Assembly (NCBI GenBank): GCA_000165345.1
Contig: CM000433.1
Location: 320,001-384,000, forward strand
DNA length: 64,000 nucleotides
Direction: 5' to 3'
The first letter of the stretch is position 1, and every line of letters begins with the position of its first letter. Below, piece after piece: positions 21,003 through 30,526 of the stretch. Position numbers and translations under genes: made by a program. The notes under the pieces were generated by a model. It did no database searches, had not been told where the DNA came from, and was given only the letters and a program-made list of their open reading frames with translations.

Positions 21003-21734
21003 TTAATGATTTGGGTTCTCTTCAACAAATGTAGTATTAATATTCTTGTCGATTGTCGGTGAGAGTATTTCCGGGATTTTCACTGAATAATTAGTTGAAT
21101 CAACATTACACGTAGCATTTCCAAATGTGTGGGCAACATTAAAACCTAATTGTACAAGAAGCTGAACCATACCTTCTTGTTTAAGTCGTTCTTCTTCATT
21201 TGTAAAGAATACATAAACTGGGTAGTTTTGTACATTTGAATCTGACAAAGAAGATAGAGATGAGATTGACAGTTTTGTATTTGGCAATGTTGGCGAGCTT
21301 GCGCTTGCTACTACATTTTCGATATCTTCTTCAATTAAATCTTCCACAAGTTCATTCAAAGCAGATAAATATCCTTTGGTAGATAATTTTTCGGCAGTAA
21401 TAAATTCACCTGATGGTGATTGGAAAGAAAGTTTCATTTTCTTAATACGTTTGTCGCTTGGAAAGTTGCGTTTGTATATTCTAAATAAATTTCTTATTAG
21501 AGTGCGTCCAAAAGGGGCATCATTTTCAACTGGACAATGTACTTTAATTGAGCTTTCCTCTGGGTAATATTTGATAAAAACACGGCTTTGCCAATCTAGT
21601 GGGACCTCAATATTTGGATACTTGTATTTTACATTACTATTAATTGCTAAAACAATTTCATTTGGGGTTGGAATTGGAGTACCCGACGTAAATACACACA
21701 GGATCAGAAATATCGATGACAGTAAAAGTTTCAT
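21003..21734 (-). CDS. Hypothetical secreted protein, 243 aa
   Basis: ATG at 21734. The N-terminus MKLLLSSIFLILCVFTSGTP is signal-peptide-like. Confidence 0.5.
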   Translation of the reverse strand: MKLLLSSIFLILCVFTSGTPIPTPNEIVLAINSNVKYKYPNIEVPLDWQSRVFIKYYPEESSIKVHCPVENDAPFGRTLIRNLFRIYKRNFPSDKRIKKMKLSFQSPSGEFITAEKLSTKGYLSALNELVEDLIEEDIENVVASASSPTLPNTKLSISSLSSLSDSNVQNYPVYVFFTNEEERLKQEGMVQLLVQLGFNVAHTFGNATCNVDSTNYSVKIPEILSPTIDKNINTTFVEENPNH

Positions 21735-21816
21735 TAGAATAATCTACAGTTATTTTTTTGCGCTTTTGTAGTAAAACTAGTTGCGCCACAGAAGTAAGAT
21801 TTTTCCCCTAATTACT

Positions 21817-23199
21817 TTATTCTAATTCTACGGGTGAGCTATGCCACTTGTTATTCATGTCAAACATACCTTTGTTTGATGAAAACATATTTATTACGTA
21901 TCTTTTAAATCTTCGCCAAAATCTGGTTCTTGGAGAACCTGACAATGGTCCTAACGTGAACCAATCAATCCTAATTCTTTCTCTTTTTATTAAATAGTAG
22001 AAGCATAAACAAATAACATAGTCATATACATCCCAACCACTAGTCGTTAGGGAAAGTTTTGATACATTGTCCAATATTCTTATCATTGCTCCTTGTGGGA
22101 AGCTTTGCCACTTCTCGCCAAATCTGTGCCAAATCGGAATATGCTCTAATGAATTATTTGATGAGCCATTTGAAGTACAAAAAATAGCCTGTTTTATGCA
22201 ATTGTGAATTTTCTTCCAGTTTAAATTGTCATTTTTAATTTTGTTTTCGGCTTCAATGATTTGCATTCTGTGCCTATATTGGTATTTGAAAATAGTTAAT
22301 ATGATTGCAGTTACTATATCTAGCTCCTTTTCCCACCAATTTGGTAGAAGTTCAATATTATTGTCACCATTTTCGGAATTGAAATTTCTTTTTTTTTTGA
22401 CAAATAAAACATGATTGTATGCTTTTTTAAATAAAGATATGTGATCGCTTTTGTATAGATCTTTTTCAAGTTTGAGCGATTGTTCATTTATATTAGAATT
22501 CTCCAAATTAAGTTCCGAATTAAATTGATTTGTCTTAGTTTCAAGGTTTTTAATTACTTCTTCTCTATAGCTGTTCCTAGATATGTTTTTTATAAGTGCT
22601 TTATCTTTTATCATTTCTCTTGAGAAAATATATGCAAGTGAAAGGAATGGTTTAGTGATTTTATTCGATGCTGATTTATCAGAAAATCTGAATGTATCTG
22701 GAGTGTTTGTAATTGATAAATAAATTTCATTTATTTGTTTTAATATTTTTTTACTGTCCCCTTCTTTTTCCCACCAACTTCTCCATTCAGGAAGAGGGTT
22801 GAAATGAGTGATTCCTCTTGAAAGTTCTTCCAAGGGTGGAACATTCCCAAAAATCCAATTATTATATTTCTTTATTTCAAAAGTTTTTGTTGCGAGATCT
22901 AATCTTTTTGATAAAAAAATGATAAATGATATGACCATGTAATCTTCTTGAGACCAATCATTTGCAATGATTAATGGCTTTTTTTTGCATACAAACTTTG
23001 CTACTATTTGTTCGACTTTGCCTTTTTTCTTGCCAAATCGTTTCTGATTGAAAGCAAATACATTGAACATACTTTTCACTTCTTTAGAAGTAGTATATTC
23101 GCATGGCTCATTGAAAATAGATTGTTCAGTTTGATTATTTGCAGAATGAATAGAACCATAACTCAAAAAAATTACTAATGCGTAAAGCATAAACTTCAT
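21817..23199 (-). CDS. Hypothetical secreted protein, 460 aa
   Basis: ATG at 23199. The N-terminus MKFMLYALVIFLSYGSIHSANN is signal-peptide-like. Only 82 nt separate it from the downstream gene's start. Confidence 0.55.
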   Translation of the reverse strand: MKFMLYALVIFLSYGSIHSANNQTEQSIFNEPCEYTTSKEVKSMFNVFAFNQKRFGKKKGKVEQIVAKFVCKKKPLIIANDWSQEDYMVISFIIFLSKRLDLATKTFEIKKYNNWIFGNVPPLEELSRGITHFNPLPEWRSWWEKEGDSKKILKQINEIYLSITNTPDTFRFSDKSASNKITKPFLSLAYIFSREMIKDKALIKNISRNSYREEVIKNLETKTNQFNSELNLENSNINEQSLKLEKDLYKSDHISLFKKAYNHVLFVKKKRNFNSENGDNNIELLPNWWEKELDIVTAIILTIFKYQYRHRMQIIEAENKIKNDNLNWKKIHNCIKQAIFCTSNGSSNNSLEHIPIWHRFGEKWQSFPQGAMIRILDNVSKLSLTTSGWDVYDYVICLCFYYLIKRERIRIDWFTLGPLSGSPRTRFWRRFKRYVINMFSSNKGMFDMNNKWHSSPVELE

Positions 23200-23844
23200 A
23201 TTAATTCTAGCTAATAATATTACATTAGACCTCGTTTATAGTTGTAACCGGATTTTTTTTCTGATTTAAAAACTGAATCTTAAAAAAAGTGCTTGTAACT
23301 AATAAATATTATTTAGGTTGCCCACTGGTATTTTTTTGACGCAAATTAAAAACTCAAAATATCCCCACAAGTTTATAACAATTGCGCAACATTGGGATAG
23401 CATTCTAAAAATGACGATTTTTAAAGAGAGTTTAAATTCGGTAAGTGATATGGACCAATAAGCTGTTTTAACTTTCCTAGAATGATTTAAATGAAACGTT
23501 GTCAAGAATAAAAGGGAAAAAGGGAGTAGTTGGAATAATAATTTTGAGGTCTGACAATATGACGCCATTAATTTCAACGTTTGATAAAAAGACATCAAGG
23601 AACTACACTGACTGTATCAGGGAGATTGTAAAATGCGCAAATATGTTTGGTGCGCATGGATCAAATAATATTCAGTTAATTAGACTTCATTTTAAGAGCC
23701 AAATTGTCTTAATTGCTCCAGATAAAAATTTTACATTTCTAGCGGTACAAGATACAAATATATAACATAAATAATCAAAGAATATTGAGCAAATGGTTGA
23801 ACATAATGTGCATTTATATGCCTAGTCATCTACCTTTGGATATG

Positions 23845-24528
23845 CTACCTATTTATGAAATGTAACGTAATAATAGGGAGTGCTAATGGAATAATTGATG
23901 TTAGGATATTTAGAAAGAACATTAATACCTCATATACTATTTCTAAGAATGTCGGGTAGTTATAGTCATCCATTATATTAATATTATTATTTGCTGAATA
24001 TCGACCAATTTTTGTATAATTATGAAATATAGGCTTTGAGTTAAAAGCAGTTAGCCTCAGAATAAAAAGAATAACGTTCAGTAAATAGATAAAAATCAGT
24101 GGTCTCCTATACGAGGGAATAATCGAGTTTTTTAAGAAATTTGGTAACAGATTAAAGACTTTTGTTTCCAGTATTTTAGCGTGGTCCAAAATTATCAAAT
24201 GAAAATTAGACAGTTTTTTGAAAATTTTGACAAATTTCTCCTTGTAAGTTTGCCAAAAAGAATGATAAGAAATGCATTCCGTGTCTAATTGACTGAGGAA
24301 TTCATTATAAATAGTATCATTTGCAACTCTATCTCTTATTTCTTGAGTCAGAATTCTTAAATCTTGCTGATTTGATAAGCGCAAATATCTGTTAAACAGT
24401 GAGACACAGTTTCTGATTTGATGGGATCGAACAGTCCCTTGCCAGTACTGCGATGAAATGAGTTGATTAACTAGAAGATCCAGGCATCTTCCAGCCTCGA
24501 CACTATTAGTAGAAGGGTTAACATCCAT
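23845..24528 (-). CDS. Hypothetical membrane protein with a helical N-terminal domain and two C-terminal TM helices, 227 aa
   Basis: ORF from the track. C-terminal hydrophobic segments LIFIYLLNVILFILRLTAF and FFLNILTSIIPLALPIITLHFI. Confidence 0.45.
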   Translation of the reverse strand: MDVNPSTNSVEAGRCLDLLVNQLISSQYWQGTVRSHQIRNCVSLFNRYLRLSNQQDLRILTQEIRDRVANDTIYNEFLSQLDTECISYHSFWQTYKEKFVKIFKKLSNFHLIILDHAKILETKVFNLLPNFLKNSIIPSYRRPLIFIYLLNVILFILRLTAFNSKPIFHNYTKIGRYSANNNINIMDDYNYPTFLEIVYEVLMFFLNILTSIIPLALPIITLHFINR

Positions 24529-24601
24529 AAATATAAACTTTTCAGGTAGGCCTAATTTAAAGTTTTTTTTTTTTGCCGCTATAAAAGCAATGGAAATCCA
24601 C

Positions 24602-24619
24602 TTTTTTTTTTTTTTTTTT
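24602..24619. repeat. Poly(T)18 tract immediately upstream of the Yip1-family start codon
   Basis: Read directly. Similar T/A runs of 11-17 nt occur at 36706, 46417, 51064, 53636 and 55664. Confidence 0.8.
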
Positions 24620-24621
24620 AA

Positions 24622-25230
24622 ATGAGCGAAATTGATAGAGATATATTTGTTGTTAGTGGAGATATATATAATGGAGAGGAATCTGGCGGAACGCTAAACG
24701 AGCCGATAATGAAAACGGTCAAGAGGGATATATTTCTCATTTACAATAAATTACATTATTTTATTACTGCTGGAAAGAACGAGTTCGATCGCGAATATAA
24801 TTTGAAGATGCTATATAATTGGGACTTATGGGGACCTTGCATTATATTGCTAGTATTATCCTCTTGTCTATATATAAAAGCCCCAGTTGAAAATAAGGAT
24901 AAGATTTTCTCAGTTTTGCATTTTTTCTCGATTTACGGCACAGTAGCAATTGCTTTAAATGCGCGGATCTTAGGCATTAATTGTTCATTCTTTGCCATAT
25001 TAAGCATAGTTGGGTACTGCATATTCCCATTTACAGTAATATCATTAATTTCATTAATTATTCCTTATTTCTTTGTAAAGCTAATTTTCACAATATTATC
25101 AATTACTCATATTTACAAGGTTATGCAATTATCTATGAACGAGATTGCTCCCGAAGAGAAAAAGGTTTTGATTTTATATCCAATTTCACTGTTTTTTTTT
25201 TCGGTAGCATTCCTAGTGCTAATTAATTAG
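24622..25230 (+). CDS. Yip1-domain family protein (YIPF-like Golgi membrane protein)
   Basis: N-terminal TLNEP motif, the conserved DLWGP motif, and then 4-5 TM helices, as in the Yip1/YIPF family. Confidence 0.75.
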   Translation: MSEIDRDIFVVSGDIYNGEESGGTLNEPIMKTVKRDIFLIYNKLHYFITAGKNEFDREYNLKMLYNWDLWGPCIILLVLSSCLYIKAPVENKDKIFSVLHFFSIYGTVAIALNARILGINCSFFAILSIVGYCIFPFTVISLISLIIPYFFVKLIFTILSITHIYKVMQLSMNEIAPEEKKVLILYPISLFFFSVAFLVLIN

Positions 25231-25452
25231 TATTCTATTAAGTTTACATAAATATGTATCAGGCCTTTGCGCATAAGCAATCTTACACTAATTGTTCTAC
25301 TTGAATAAGGAGAGAATAAGGCGTTAGGGATACTTCACATTCAGTTCTAATTCGATAACTACTAGAATAACTCGGAGTACGGCATTCTAATTTTTCGGAA
25401 ACATCTTTGGGTTCAATTGCGTTATGTAGATATTGAACTTTTGCCCGGTAAA

Positions 25453-25460
25453 GGCGCGCC
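25453..25460. promoter_or_regulatory. Palindromic GGCGCGCC (E2F-like) site 143 nt upstream of the RPL3 ATG. A second GCGCC sits 12 nt downstream.
   Basis: aaaGGCGCGCCaattattattGCGCCgtc, a GC island in AT-rich intergenic DNA. Confidence 0.35.
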
Positions 25461-25602
25461 AATTATTATTGCGCCGTCTCAATTTTGCGTAATTGTATAT
25501 TTTTTAATTTAATTAATCTCGTTTTGATTAGTTTATACGTAAGGGTTTTCCACAGAGTATTTAGTCACTTGTTGAATTTTGAGTAATTTTAGTTTTTGAG
25601 TA

Positions 25603-25798
25603 ATGTCACACCGTAAATTTGAAAGACCAAGATCTGGATCCCTCGGCTTCCTTCCAAGAAAGAGATGTTCTAGGAACCGTGGGAAAGTCAAGGCTTTTCC
25701 AAAGGATGACTCAAACCAGCCACCACATTTGACTGCTTTTATGGGATACAAAGCAGGTATGACCCATATTGTTAGAGATGTTGACAAACCCGGATCAA
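25603..25798 (+). CDS. RPL3: 60S ribosomal protein L3, exon 1 (ends ...KPGS plus 1 nt; donor GTAAGT at 25799)
   Basis: [21 protein letters not shown]...[24 protein letters not shown] is the canonical RPL3 N-terminus. The frame then hits a stop unless it is spliced at CAA|GTAAGT. Confidence 0.9.
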
Positions 25799-26072
25799 GT
25801 AAGTTTATTTGCTTCAACGTGGTATAAAGATATTCGGAATAGTCGATCATTGAGCGTCTTATTAATAGACGTATGTTCGCAATCTGTTATTCCTATATAG
25901 ATGGTTTAATGTTGAGCTACCGCTCCGTTTTAATCGCCTTTCATATTCCTTATCCCTAGAAGAGTAATTATTTACACTCGCTTATGCGAAGATGATTCTG
26001 GGAGAAACCATGAAAGTGACATAATAGTTATACCTCGTATTTTCTTAATTCAGAAATTTACATTTTTTTTAG

Positions 26073-27043
26073 AATTAAATAAGAAGGAGGTTGTGGAAGC
26101 CGTCACTATAGTTGAAACCCCTCCAATGATATGTGTTGGTTTCGTCGGCTATATTGAAACACCAAATGGTCTAAGAGCTTTAACCACCGTATTTGCAGGA
26201 TATTTGAGTGAGGAATGCAAGAGGCGTTTCTATAAGAATTATTATAGGAGCAAGCGTAAGGCATTTACTAAATATGCTAGAAATTACGCTGAAAACCAGA
26301 GGATGGAGGCAGAAATTGCCAGATGCAAGCAATACTGTACTGTAATTCGTGCTCTGTGCCACACTCAGGTTAGCAAGACAGGACTAAACAAAAAAAAGGC
26401 TGACATAATGGAAATACAAGTAAATGGTGGAACAGTATCAGATAAGATTGACTTCTGCGTCAGATGCTTCGAACAACCGATTCCGGTGTCCACGATATTT
26501 AATGAGAACGAGATGATCGACATTATCGGTATTTCTAAGGGTAAGGGTTACAAGGGCGTAATTTCTAGATGGGGCGTCACGAAGCTTCCAAGAAAGACGC
26601 GTAGAGGTGTGAGAAAAGTTTCCTGTATTGGTGCCTGGCATCCTGCCCGAGTTCAGTTCCAAGTTCCAAGAGCTGGTCAGAAGGGATATGGCCAACGCAC
26701 TGAAACTAACAAGAAGATTTATCGTATTGGGCGTGGCGACGATCCACGAAATGCATCGACTTCTGCTGATTTAACTGAAAAAACAATCACTCCAATGGGT
26801 GGGTTCCCAAGATATGGTGTAGTTAATCAAGATTTCCTTATGCTGAAGGGCTGTACCGTTGGATGCAAGAAGAGATTATTGACATTGCGCAAGTCTTTAG
26901 TGCCACCTGTGACAAGATCAGCATTGGAGGTCGTAAATTTAAAGTTCATTGATACATCATCAAAGTTTGGCCACGGCAGATTCCAGACATCAGCTGAAAA
27001 GGCAAAGTACTATGGACCGTGTAAAAGATCAATCGACAACTAG
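26073..27043 (+). CDS. RPL3: 60S ribosomal protein L3, exon 2 (acceptor TTTTTTTTAG at 26071-26072; the intron is 275 nt)
   Basis: Splicing restores ...[21 protein letters not shown]..., which continues through WHPARV and FGHGRFQT to the stop at 27043. The track's 26093 start is GTG. Confidence 0.9.
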
Positions 27044-27123
27044 TCAATTTTAGCGAATAGGATAAGGTTCTATTTTTTTCTTCAGGCTAAGATTACTTGT
27101 TATTGTTGTCGCTATATAGCGAG

Positions 27124-28257
27124 TTAGTTTTTAGAATAGTCTAGGAATCCTCTTTTTAGTGTTTGGGCCTTAGTACCAGCTAATGGAAGGGCGTACGGCA
27201 GGCTATCCGAATATTCAATCGGATCGAACCTCGAGTCATCTGCCTTGTGATAGCAATTCTTGATGAGTGCATCGTATAGACTGGTATATTTAAATGTAGA
27301 CCTGTTATCACTGCTTTCGTGATTTGTAGGGTTTATGATCTCATCGAGCTTATTGTTGATCCATGCTTCAAAGTTCATATTTGAGCTTTCCGTTTCATTT
27401 TTAGATTGTTCACATTCAGTTGAATTGTCAAGAATTTCAATTTGATCGTTGAATAGGCGATCAATTCTATCGTTTAAATAGTCCATTAATACACATCCAG
27501 TTCCCGGATGTAATTCATCTTTGTCTGGAATCCTTGCACAAAATTTTATTGCAATACTAGCAATAACTTCAACAATTGCATTAATTCCTATCATAATACC
27601 CATTGATAAAGCTTCTGGAATTGTATTTGAAACAAAATTATATTTTGGAGGTTGTTCAATATATAAATCAATGTTTTTCAAGGAAGAATATTGACAGGTT
27701 CTGCACAATTTTTCTTTGAAATTACACTCTCTAACTATATTAGCTTGATTTAATGGAAATCTAGTATAAATTTTTCTGTTATATAAGTATGGACCATATA
27801 AATGAATATTATGAATACCAGAACTTATGAGAGGAGATTCAAAGCTTGGATCTTGTTTTTCCGCAAAACTAATTAAATGTTTGTTTCGTAATTCATAATC
27901 TTCCAGATTAGTACTTATTCCGTTCCCACAAAATGCAGAGGGTAGAATAGTCGTGCTTTGATTTAACTGATTAACTTCAAATCCAGAATATTTATTTGGA
28001 CTAAAAATATAATGATCATTTCTTTCATTTGAAGAGTCAAGTTGTTGCTTAAGATAATCGTTATTTGATTGAACGGAGTGAACATTGATAGAATTGTAGT
28101 TTTTGTACTTGTTCACATAAAAACGATAATAGTTGGAATATTCACGTGGCGTAATACTAGAATTTTGTTTCACCGAGTCAGTTTGAGAATATGCATCGAA
28201 GAATAAAGTACTTCCTTTTTCCTTAACAGTAAATAATACAATCGGGATTTCGTCCAT
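27124..28257 (-). CDS. Hypothetical protein, 377 aa
   Basis: ATG-to-stop ORF with one hydrophobic segment (MGIMIGINAIVEVIASIAI). Its stop lies 80 nt from the convergent RPL3 stop. Confidence 0.45.
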   Translation of the reverse strand: MDEIPIVLFTVKEKGSTLFFDAYSQTDSVKQNSSITPREYSNYYRFYVNKYKNYNSINVHSVQSNNDYLKQQLDSSNERNDHYIFSPNKYSGFEVNQLNQSTTILPSAFCGNGISTNLEDYELRNKHLISFAEKQDPSFESPLISSGIHNIHLYGPYLYNRKIYTRFPLNQANIVRECNFKEKLCRTCQYSSLKNIDLYIEQPPKYNFVSNTIPEALSMGIMIGINAIVEVIASIAIKFCARIPDKDELHPGTGCVLMDYLNDRIDRLFNDQIEILDNSTECEQSKNETESSNMNFEAWINNKLDEIINPTNHESSDNRSTFKYTSLYDALIKNCYHKADDSRFDPIEYSDSLPYALPLAGTKAQTLKRGFLDYSKN

Positions 28258-28396
28258 TGAGTCGTATTAATTAATTGGGTAGTACAAGAAATCACAAAAC
28301 AGATACTTCATGTAATAAAGACTAGACGCAAATGTGCAAAACTATATAATTTAGAATTAATTGTTGTATTGGTTCATATTGAAATATTATTCCTAT

Positions 28397-29431
28397 TTAC
28401 AAGTCGTCAGGATGAAATCTACCTTTGAAAATTTCATATAGTTGTAGTTTGGACATTGTCCCATTTTCTGTTAGGAAAATGCTTATAAGATTATCAGGGA
28501 TTAAATCCAATTTATTAATTGCAAAGTGAACATTTGAAAGCTGCTTTAGCGAGTCCGCAAAAAGATTTGGTGGAACGATTAAATTGGTTCTTTGAGTATC
28601 AAATAATGGAAAGTGACAAAGTTTATAGAGGGCAGAAACGATTACAATAGGAACAGAGAAAAATTTTGCAGTTTGTGAAATTAAATAGCCACCTGAAAGA
28701 GTGACTGCGCTACCATCCGGAAAGATAGCTTTTGCACTTAAAATAACTTTGCTTACTTTGGGTATAAGACTGAACAAGCTTGAATCAGAGATCAAAATTG
28801 CATTTATTCCGAATTCAAGTGAAATTTTCTGAGCAAATTCCTGAGAATGTTTTTCTGGATCTCCATCTAAAATAAAAACTATTAGATTTGTTTTCTTTTT
28901 TGAAATAGACGTTAACATTCTCTCAACTAAATTTGAATATCCGTAAATTAATATTGTTTCATTTGCTGTAAAAATATCCAGACATTGATCAAAATCCCAA
29001 GATTGGCCATATTCGTGTAGGAGTTCATTTATACCTTCAAAAATTGCAGATCTTAAAAGGCACATATTTACATCCTGGAGATAACCTTTGGAATTTTCAG
29101 AATTTTTAAAGTATTGGCAACTCGAAGGCTGTTTAACAGATAGTTTAATATATTCCTTCCTTATCACGTTTATAAGTCTTCTAAAGGTGCCATTAGCGGA
29201 AAATGCTAACGGATCGATTGAAGCAACTTCCGAGCCGATTTCTTTAATATTTGAAATGAGTTCATTAACATTTTTCCATGAATACTTATCAACTATTTGT
29301 CTCAAAACTTCAAGTGTTTTCTTTCCTTGAGCCTGAGATCCAATAAGTTGTCTTCTTCTCAAGAGCTCTATCAAATTGTAGAGATCCTCTCTCCAATCAT
29401 TATTTTTTTTTTTATCGTGCATAAGTCCCAA
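28397..29431 (-). CDS. Translation initiation factor eIF2B beta subunit (IF-2B family)
   Basis: The N-terminus (KKTLEVLRQIVDKYSWKNVNELISNIK) resembles human eIF2B-beta as I recall it. The Rossmann-like core (IVFILDGDP... AILISDS... SAKAIFPDGSAVTLSG) and the characteristic C-terminal ...FHPDDL ending agree. Confidence 0.8.
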   Translation of the reverse strand: MGLMHDKKKNNDWREDLYNLIELLRRRQLIGSQAQGKKTLEVLRQIVDKYSWKNVNELISNIKEIGSEVASIDPLAFSANGTFRRLINVIRKEYIKLSVKQPSSCQYFKNSENSKGYLQDVNMCLLRSAIFEGINELLHEYGQSWDFDQCLDIFTANETILIYGYSNLVERMLTSISKKKTNLIVFILDGDPEKHSQEFAQKISLEFGINAILISDSSLFSLIPKVSKVILSAKAIFPDGSAVTLSGGYLISQTAKFFSVPIVIVSALYKLCHFPLFDTQRTNLIVPPNLFADSLKQLSNVHFAINKLDLIPDNLISIFLTENGTMSKLQLYEIFKGRFHPDDL

Positions 29432-29490
29432 AAACTGCGAAAAAAAAATTAAGAGGGGTAAGGTGATAAAATATAAAAATTTATTTTAAA

Positions 29491-30456
29491 ATGCTTAATT
29501 CTTCCCCGGAAATTAAGTGTCTTGTTAAAATACATGCTTGCAGTTTTCTAAAGAATACTGCTCATTCTCTGAAGGATTTGAGTAAATTTTTAAACATTTC
29601 ATTCGTGAGAATAATCAAGGTGGTGACGAACAATGACAACATTCTTAAACCAAGTTCGTATTCAATTTATATCCCTGAAAATCCTCATATTAAGCCAATG
29701 GTAAATGAACAACTATGGGTTTCTTCAAGAAATCTATTAATTAATGAATATCTTCAAGGTCATAAAATTGATCTAATAAATGCAGGGATTGAATTGTTAA
29801 GATTAATAACATGGTATCTTTCCTGGAATAGAATTTTAGAATATCCAAATGCAAGTTTCAGTATTCAACATAATTCTCCGTTTCAGGTATGCGTTTTTGC
29901 TCCTAATTTACTATTAGGCTGTGTAATGACATACCCTTATTTGATTGAAGATATTCCCGTGACAGTTTTACTTTGTGCAAATGCAGAATGTTATTTAAAT
30001 GAGCATGGATTAAACGAAAAATGTTTAAGCCTATTGAATATAATTAATTTTTCTGATTTCACTTCCACTACTAAGAAAATGCTAAACTATACTCGAGACT
30101 TAGGATTTCGTACAATTATAATATGCCCAAATATAGAGCTAGAAGAAGAAATTGTAATCCGTTTAGCACTAGTAGGGATATCAGAAAACGGGGAAATAGT
30201 GGTGTCAGGACAGGTTGAGCAGTTAAGCAGTATTGAATGTTCAATATTATTTCAAAAAAGGTGTACATTATCGTTCCGTAATCAAAATTTTGACCCGGCC
30301 AACTGGATATCAAATTTCGTAAACAACCATATGTTTATTGATAATAAGACTGATATATTAAATAATGAAATATCAAAAATGAATATTGATGGTGAGTGCG
30401 TAACCAAAATAGAAAATAAATTATCATTTGCCCTCGTTTCAAATGTTCAAAATTAG
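29491..30456 (+). CDS. Hypothetical protein, 321 aa
   Basis: ATG-to-stop ORF with no recognised domain. Its ATG lies 59 nt from the divergent eIF2B-beta ATG. Confidence 0.45.
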   Translation: MLNSSPEIKCLVKIHACSFLKNTAHSLKDLSKFLNISFVRIIKVVTNNDNILKPSSYSIYIPENPHIKPMVNEQLWVSSRNLLINEYLQGHKIDLINAGIELLRLITWYLSWNRILEYPNASFSIQHNSPFQVCVFAPNLLLGCVMTYPYLIEDIPVTVLLCANAECYLNEHGLNEKCLSLLNIINFSDFTSTTKKMLNYTRDLGFRTIIICPNIELEEEIVIRLALVGISENGEIVVSGQVEQLSSIECSILFQKRCTLSFRNQNFDPANWISNFVNNHMFIDNKTDILNNEISKMNIDGECVTKIENKLSFALVSNVQN

Positions 30457-30526
30457 CGCTTAAATTTTAAACATTATCTTGAATTTCTTTAACATTTTTA
30501 ATATTACAAATAATGGAAAGTATATA

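Noticed and set aside
25799-26072. C/D-box snoRNA inside the RPL3 intron
   Set aside because: No TGATGA C box and no CTGA D box with a terminal stem. Only the possibility of some other intronic RNA is kept, as a low-confidence finding.
30479-30526. Track ORF starts shown as M at 30479, 16196, 38751, 39509, 39796, 40592, 48250, 53617, 53884, 19266 and 26093
   Set aside because: These codons are TTG or GTG in the sequence; the ORF finder used alternative starts. I moved the starts to the first in-frame ATG, or showed that the ORF is an internal exon.
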